Under the pieces are notes generated by a model. It saw only the letters and a program-made list of their open reading frames with translations, was not told the origin of the DNA and ran no database searches. A stretch of 63,967 bases of DNA, the filler included, from an uncultured Rhodopirellula sp. (lineage in GTDB: Bacteria > Planctomycetota > Planctomycetia > Pirellulales > Pirellulaceae), in NCBI GenBank assembly GCA_964007735.1. It is 4 parts of 4 records of this genome, joined end to end, with 100 filler letters (N's around TTAATTAATTAA, not from the genome) between each part and the next. Parts side by side here need not be neighbours in the genome. Positions count along the whole stretch, not along the records: positions 53,622 to 63,967 come from CAXGAI010000088.1; 3 more parts are not named here. One strand, given 5' to 3'. Both the position numbers and the translations under genes were made by a program. Position 1 is the stretch's first letter, and the number at the start of each line of letters is the position of its first letter. Below are positions 59,701-63,967 of the stretch, piece after piece.

Positions 59701-62700
59701 TTCCGTCGCCATCGATATCATTCCACTTGGTGCCGGAAATATCGCCTACCAGTTCGTAATTACCAAAATGGTAGTAAGGCCCTCCGGGTAAGTCCGGCGT
59801 AACGGCTACTTTCTCTCCAGCAGTACCAGAAACAATTGCAGGTTCGTCTACCGACATATCCACCACATAGCTGGTTCGTACACCGGCCGATTGGATAGGA
59901 TGACGATTAACCCCTCCTGGATAAGATTTTTTCTCGTCTTCTTGCCCGTAGAAATGCAACGTCCAGTCAAGTAATTCGCCTGACTTGCCTTCCTCAACAT
60001 CTTCAATGATTAAACGCCATTGCCCTTCATACGCAGAGGTACTTCCCAAATTTAGCAGACTACCAAATTCCGGATTGGTATAGCTGTCATGAAGCGTACT
60101 ATCGCTTACCTCGGAAACTCCGGATATCGCGACCAATTCGATATCTGTAGCGTTGGAGTCTGTTGTGAAGGTTGTCGATTTTCCACCGCCGATAGCATCA
60201 AGTAGATCACCCTGCTCGACACCAAAGCCATAACCACGGTACTCGGCCGTACGACGATCCTGAACATCCCGCTGTGATTGCCATGTAAGTGGAACACGAG
60301 GACCTGGATTGACTCCATCACCCGGGGCTTCAAGCCACATATGAAGCTCCCCGACGTTGTCATGATTCAGATTCAATTCCAAATCGATCTTGTCGGGAAC
60401 AGCCGATAGTTGACTCACCTGAGCATAAGAATTAGTCCAGCTATAACCATCATCCTTGACCGGAGTAATGGCATTATCGAAATACAAGGGAGGCAACACT
60501 TGCGCCCAGCCGGGACGATATTGCTCAGAAACGATATATTGGCCGCTAGGCAAATGGTCAAACTCATACCAACCGATTTCACTAGGCGTAATTTGGCCGT
60601 CTTCATTACGATCCACCGTAGAAGTGAAGGTTGAATCAAGCAGATTCCAGTCGGTGTCATAGAGGTAGATTTCCCAACCATTGATTCCTGCAATCGAAGC
60701 GCCAAGGTTGTGCGTAGAAGCCGTCTGATCGGCGAAGGGCTCTTCACTGTACATTACCGAAAATTCTGGGCGAGGATCGCCAAATAAAACCTTCTCGATT
60801 TTTTCCACATGCGTATTATTAAGACTAAGCTTGCGGCCTTGAATTGCCTTACCCTCGAGCTTATTCCCAAACTCGAATGAACCAAACTCCTGCTCATCGG
60901 CTGACACAACCACGTCATACACATTCTGATCACTATGCTCGTTTGGCGGGCTGATCTGCAAATAAACTCCACTGGCATCCAGAATCTGGACAATGTTATA
61001 GTCACCCTGATCTACATTATCGAATCCATACGAGCCATCTTCTCCCGACATCGTCTCCAGAACGATCTCACCCTCGCGGTCCTGTAGTTGGACGATGATT
61101 TCAGGGATCCCTTCTTCGTCTTCACCACGCTGCGCATCTTCATTGGCATCGAGGTACACAAAACCTGTCAGGGACTTCGTTGTTGATGGATCAGGGGCTT
61201 CGAGAAATTCCGGAGTAACCACCGAGCCGTCCAGGACAACAACATGACAGACAGGTCGTGTCAGCGCGGCCCCATTACTGGCCGGCGGATTCTCCAGATC
61301 GGCCGGCAAAATCTCGTAATCCTGAGGGGGATAGTTGCCTGCCCATGATTTGGAAGCATAAGAGGCCGCCAATCCAGAAAAATTGGTGCCGGAAAGAATC
61401 GGCTTCAACGACACCACACCGCCGTTGTTGAGCGTTGTGGTGGCATCAATGAGCGTTCCACCATAAATCCTGTCGTCACCATGCGTTCCACAAAAATAAT
61501 CGTCGTCCGGTCCACCGTAAAGCTGATGATTGTCTGTGCTGTCAACATTACCAAGAAGGTGTGCAATCAGCACATCATCTCCGAAGCCACCGTACAATTG
61601 TTCATCATGACCACCTTCGTGTCCAACAATGAAGTCATTGCCAGCACCACCTGCGAGTAAATCGGCACCATCATATCCGAGAATTACATCATCTCCATCC
61701 TGTCCTGCAATTTGGTCTGCGAGATCCATTCCCAGAAACACTGGAGGCGAAGAAGGTGCTGACAAAATACCGGCGGCATCCGAGATGAGGGAGAGAGCCG
61801 CTAAATCTGAATAATCCGATGCCAGTTCTGGTCTGGTTTCGAGTAATGCGTCAACCGAAACCCAACCACTTAAATTATCGTTTCCTGAGCCACCCAGAAT
61901 CGTGTCCGCGCCTGCCTCACCATAAAGATTATCATTTCCAGCAGAACCATCGATCACATCATTGCCTGCACCGGCATAGACGACATCATTTCCTGTTCCG
62001 GCATCAACTTGGTCATCGCCCTGGCCTGTCCAGATATAGTCATCCCCAGAACCTCCCAAAACGTAATCTGCTTCAGCGTTGTTCAAAGCGGGATCAAAAG
62101 CATAAACCCTATCATTTCCGCTGCCTGCATCGACAAAGTCGGAACCAGGGCCGGCCTTAATCACATCGCCATCTGCACCACCAAATATGGCGTCTGCTGC
62201 AGAGCTACCTTCAATCGTATCATTGCCAGCTTCGCCCCATAACTCCCAGGCTACGGTTCCGGCACTCACCAGCAAATCGTCATTCCCGGAACCACCCAAT
62301 GCAATTAAATCAGGTGTACCGGCAGCGATCGTATAATCTCCCTGTTCCAACAGGAGCGTATCAGAGCTATCACCACCGTCGAACAATACCGAAACATCAC
62401 TCGGCCAGTCACCGGATAGCTTCAAAGTATCTGCACCGTATCCACCACTAAAATATATCGTGTCGATATCTGTCAGATCCGAGGTAACACTTTCCGTCAA
62501 ATCACCGTAATTGAACTCTATCGTCAATTCAGGTTCCACTCCCCCCGCATAACGAATCTCATAGTATTCGTGAGTATCGGAACTGCTTCCTCCACGCATA
62601 TCACCAAATTCACCGGCATGAATAATCAGCCAGTCTGTACCTGATGTAAGTACTTCTCCGCCGGGCGTCTCAAACTCCACTTCTCCATTTTCGGACACAT

Positions 62701-63967
62701 GAGCAAGCCGGGACTTAGGACAATGTTGCAATTCAAACTCATAAAGAAGGACATCCACGATGTTAACTTCGCCACTGGTCGACCAAAGCCATACATCCAC
62801 CTCATAGAACAGATTCACCAAGGCTCGCAATTCGCCAGATATATCAAACAAGCATTCAAATCCATCCTGTCGGATAATCTGAGCCATCTCGTCTAGATAC
62901 ATTTTTCCATCATCATTGGTATCTGCCCAGTTCGCGTCAATGTTTGCGCGTAGTTCACCCTCAACGCCCGCTTTAACAATCAACAGATCCAGTGCTGCCC
63001 GTAACTGAGCCCCAATGGTGATCCCGAGTTCAGCAATATCGGGACCCGTGTGCACACCTTCAAGATCACCAAAATAGAACCCGTCCAGGAAATTACCTGT
63101 CTGCTTAAAGCGGGTATCCATTCCAACAGAGAAATCAGCAAACAAACCAAAGTCTGCTCCGATCCCCAAGCTGATCGGTGGTACCGGAATAATCGGGAAG
63201 TCCTGTGAGTATTCGAAAATCAGATCAAACCGGGGGATATCCCAACTCACCAGATTAGCAGTCTGACCGGTAAGAAGTTTAACGATATTCATCGGATCTT
63301 TAATGATATCCAGTTGGATACCCAGACCGGCTAAACCAAGCGGACCGGGATCTTCGTCAATCTTGGCAAATCCTGCCGATACCTTTGTGTTCGAACCGTT
63401 ATTGGCCTGTTCGGTCACATCCTCAGCGGATGCACCACCGGTTTCGTTATAAACATCGTCTAACGTACTGCCTAAGTTAGAAGGAAACGGCTCTTCCAGT
63501 AGATTAATATCCTCGCCGGATGTTCCGGCCTGCCCAAACCCGAAATCTCCAAAAGAGATGGCCATGCTTTCACCTTCTTCAAAACTGGCAAGCATCTCAA
63601 CCACATCCATAATTTGTTGCACTATCCCAACAAACTGACGAGCTTTCTCTCCCATTTCCGGATCTTTGGCAAAGGCCAGATCCATCACCAGCACCGCGCC
63701 ATTACCCGCCATCTTCGAAGCATCTGAAATCCCGGGGATCTCCATTGTTAGAAAATCAACAATGGGCTTCACCGGATCCAAAACGGAATCCACCTTCTTT
63801 AATACCGGCCCGATCGTTTTGGTTAGGAAATCACCCAAATCAAGTTGCACATCGTAAAATCCGATGGCGGTCGTTGAGAAATCCGTTTCGATTTCACCAT
63901 TTTCCACCACCAGTGAGAATGCCAAACCAGCTCTTAAATCAGCCGCGATCGATGGAATATCCGAATT
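53791..63967 (-). CDS. Giant secreted Ca-binding adhesin with RTX repeats, 15 SdrD-B/CnaB-like domains, a P-domain and a dockerin; both ends missing
   Basis: Frame is open from 63967; GGxGxD nonapeptides at about 61470-62445; repeated G.KWND.DGDG..D..EP...W.I.LD...Y.V.E...GW...NFGN units at 54611-61175. Confidence 0.9.

Overview
This window is four unrelated contigs of a planctomycete (Pirellulales-like) draft genome, probably a MAG or SAG. They are joined by artificial 100-nt N/TTAATTAATTAA/N spacers at 17860-17959, 35726-35825 and 53522-53621. Contig 1 (1-17859) carries the 3' part of secDF with a perfect (EEAE)n repeat, LysM, alpha/beta-hydrolase-like and vWA genes, ymdB-rny with a candidate 6S RNA upstream, tilS, an MFS transporter, a GT-C glycosyltransferase, an AsmA-like gene and a truncated dapF. 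Contig 2 (17960-35725) is mostly housekeeping and metabolic (coaB end, rimO, pgsA, lpxL-like, ispG, trmL). It ends in a tRNA-fMet whose 3' acceptor strand looks foreign, followed by an AT-rich phage-like ORF and a structured 126-nt segment. Contig 3 (35826-53521) has a sugar-oxidation cluster (DUF1080/ThuA/NPCBM/beta-propeller dehydrogenase, a separate cytochrome c, a Tat-exported TIM barrel, an atypical pfk and an unannotated 50-aa membrane ORF) plus secreted proteins. Contig 4 (53622-63967) is one incomplete ORF of more than 3,400 aa: an RTX/SdrD-B/dockerin adhesin. Its 15 SdrD-B/CnaB-like repeats show a co-varying Lys/Glu/Asn triad suggestive of intramolecular isopeptide bonds and contain nested domain insertions. 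Its last ~55 codons look like a chimeric DnaB fragment. No CRISPR array, rRNA gene or transposase was seen. All family calls are from motif recognition by eye; no searches were run.
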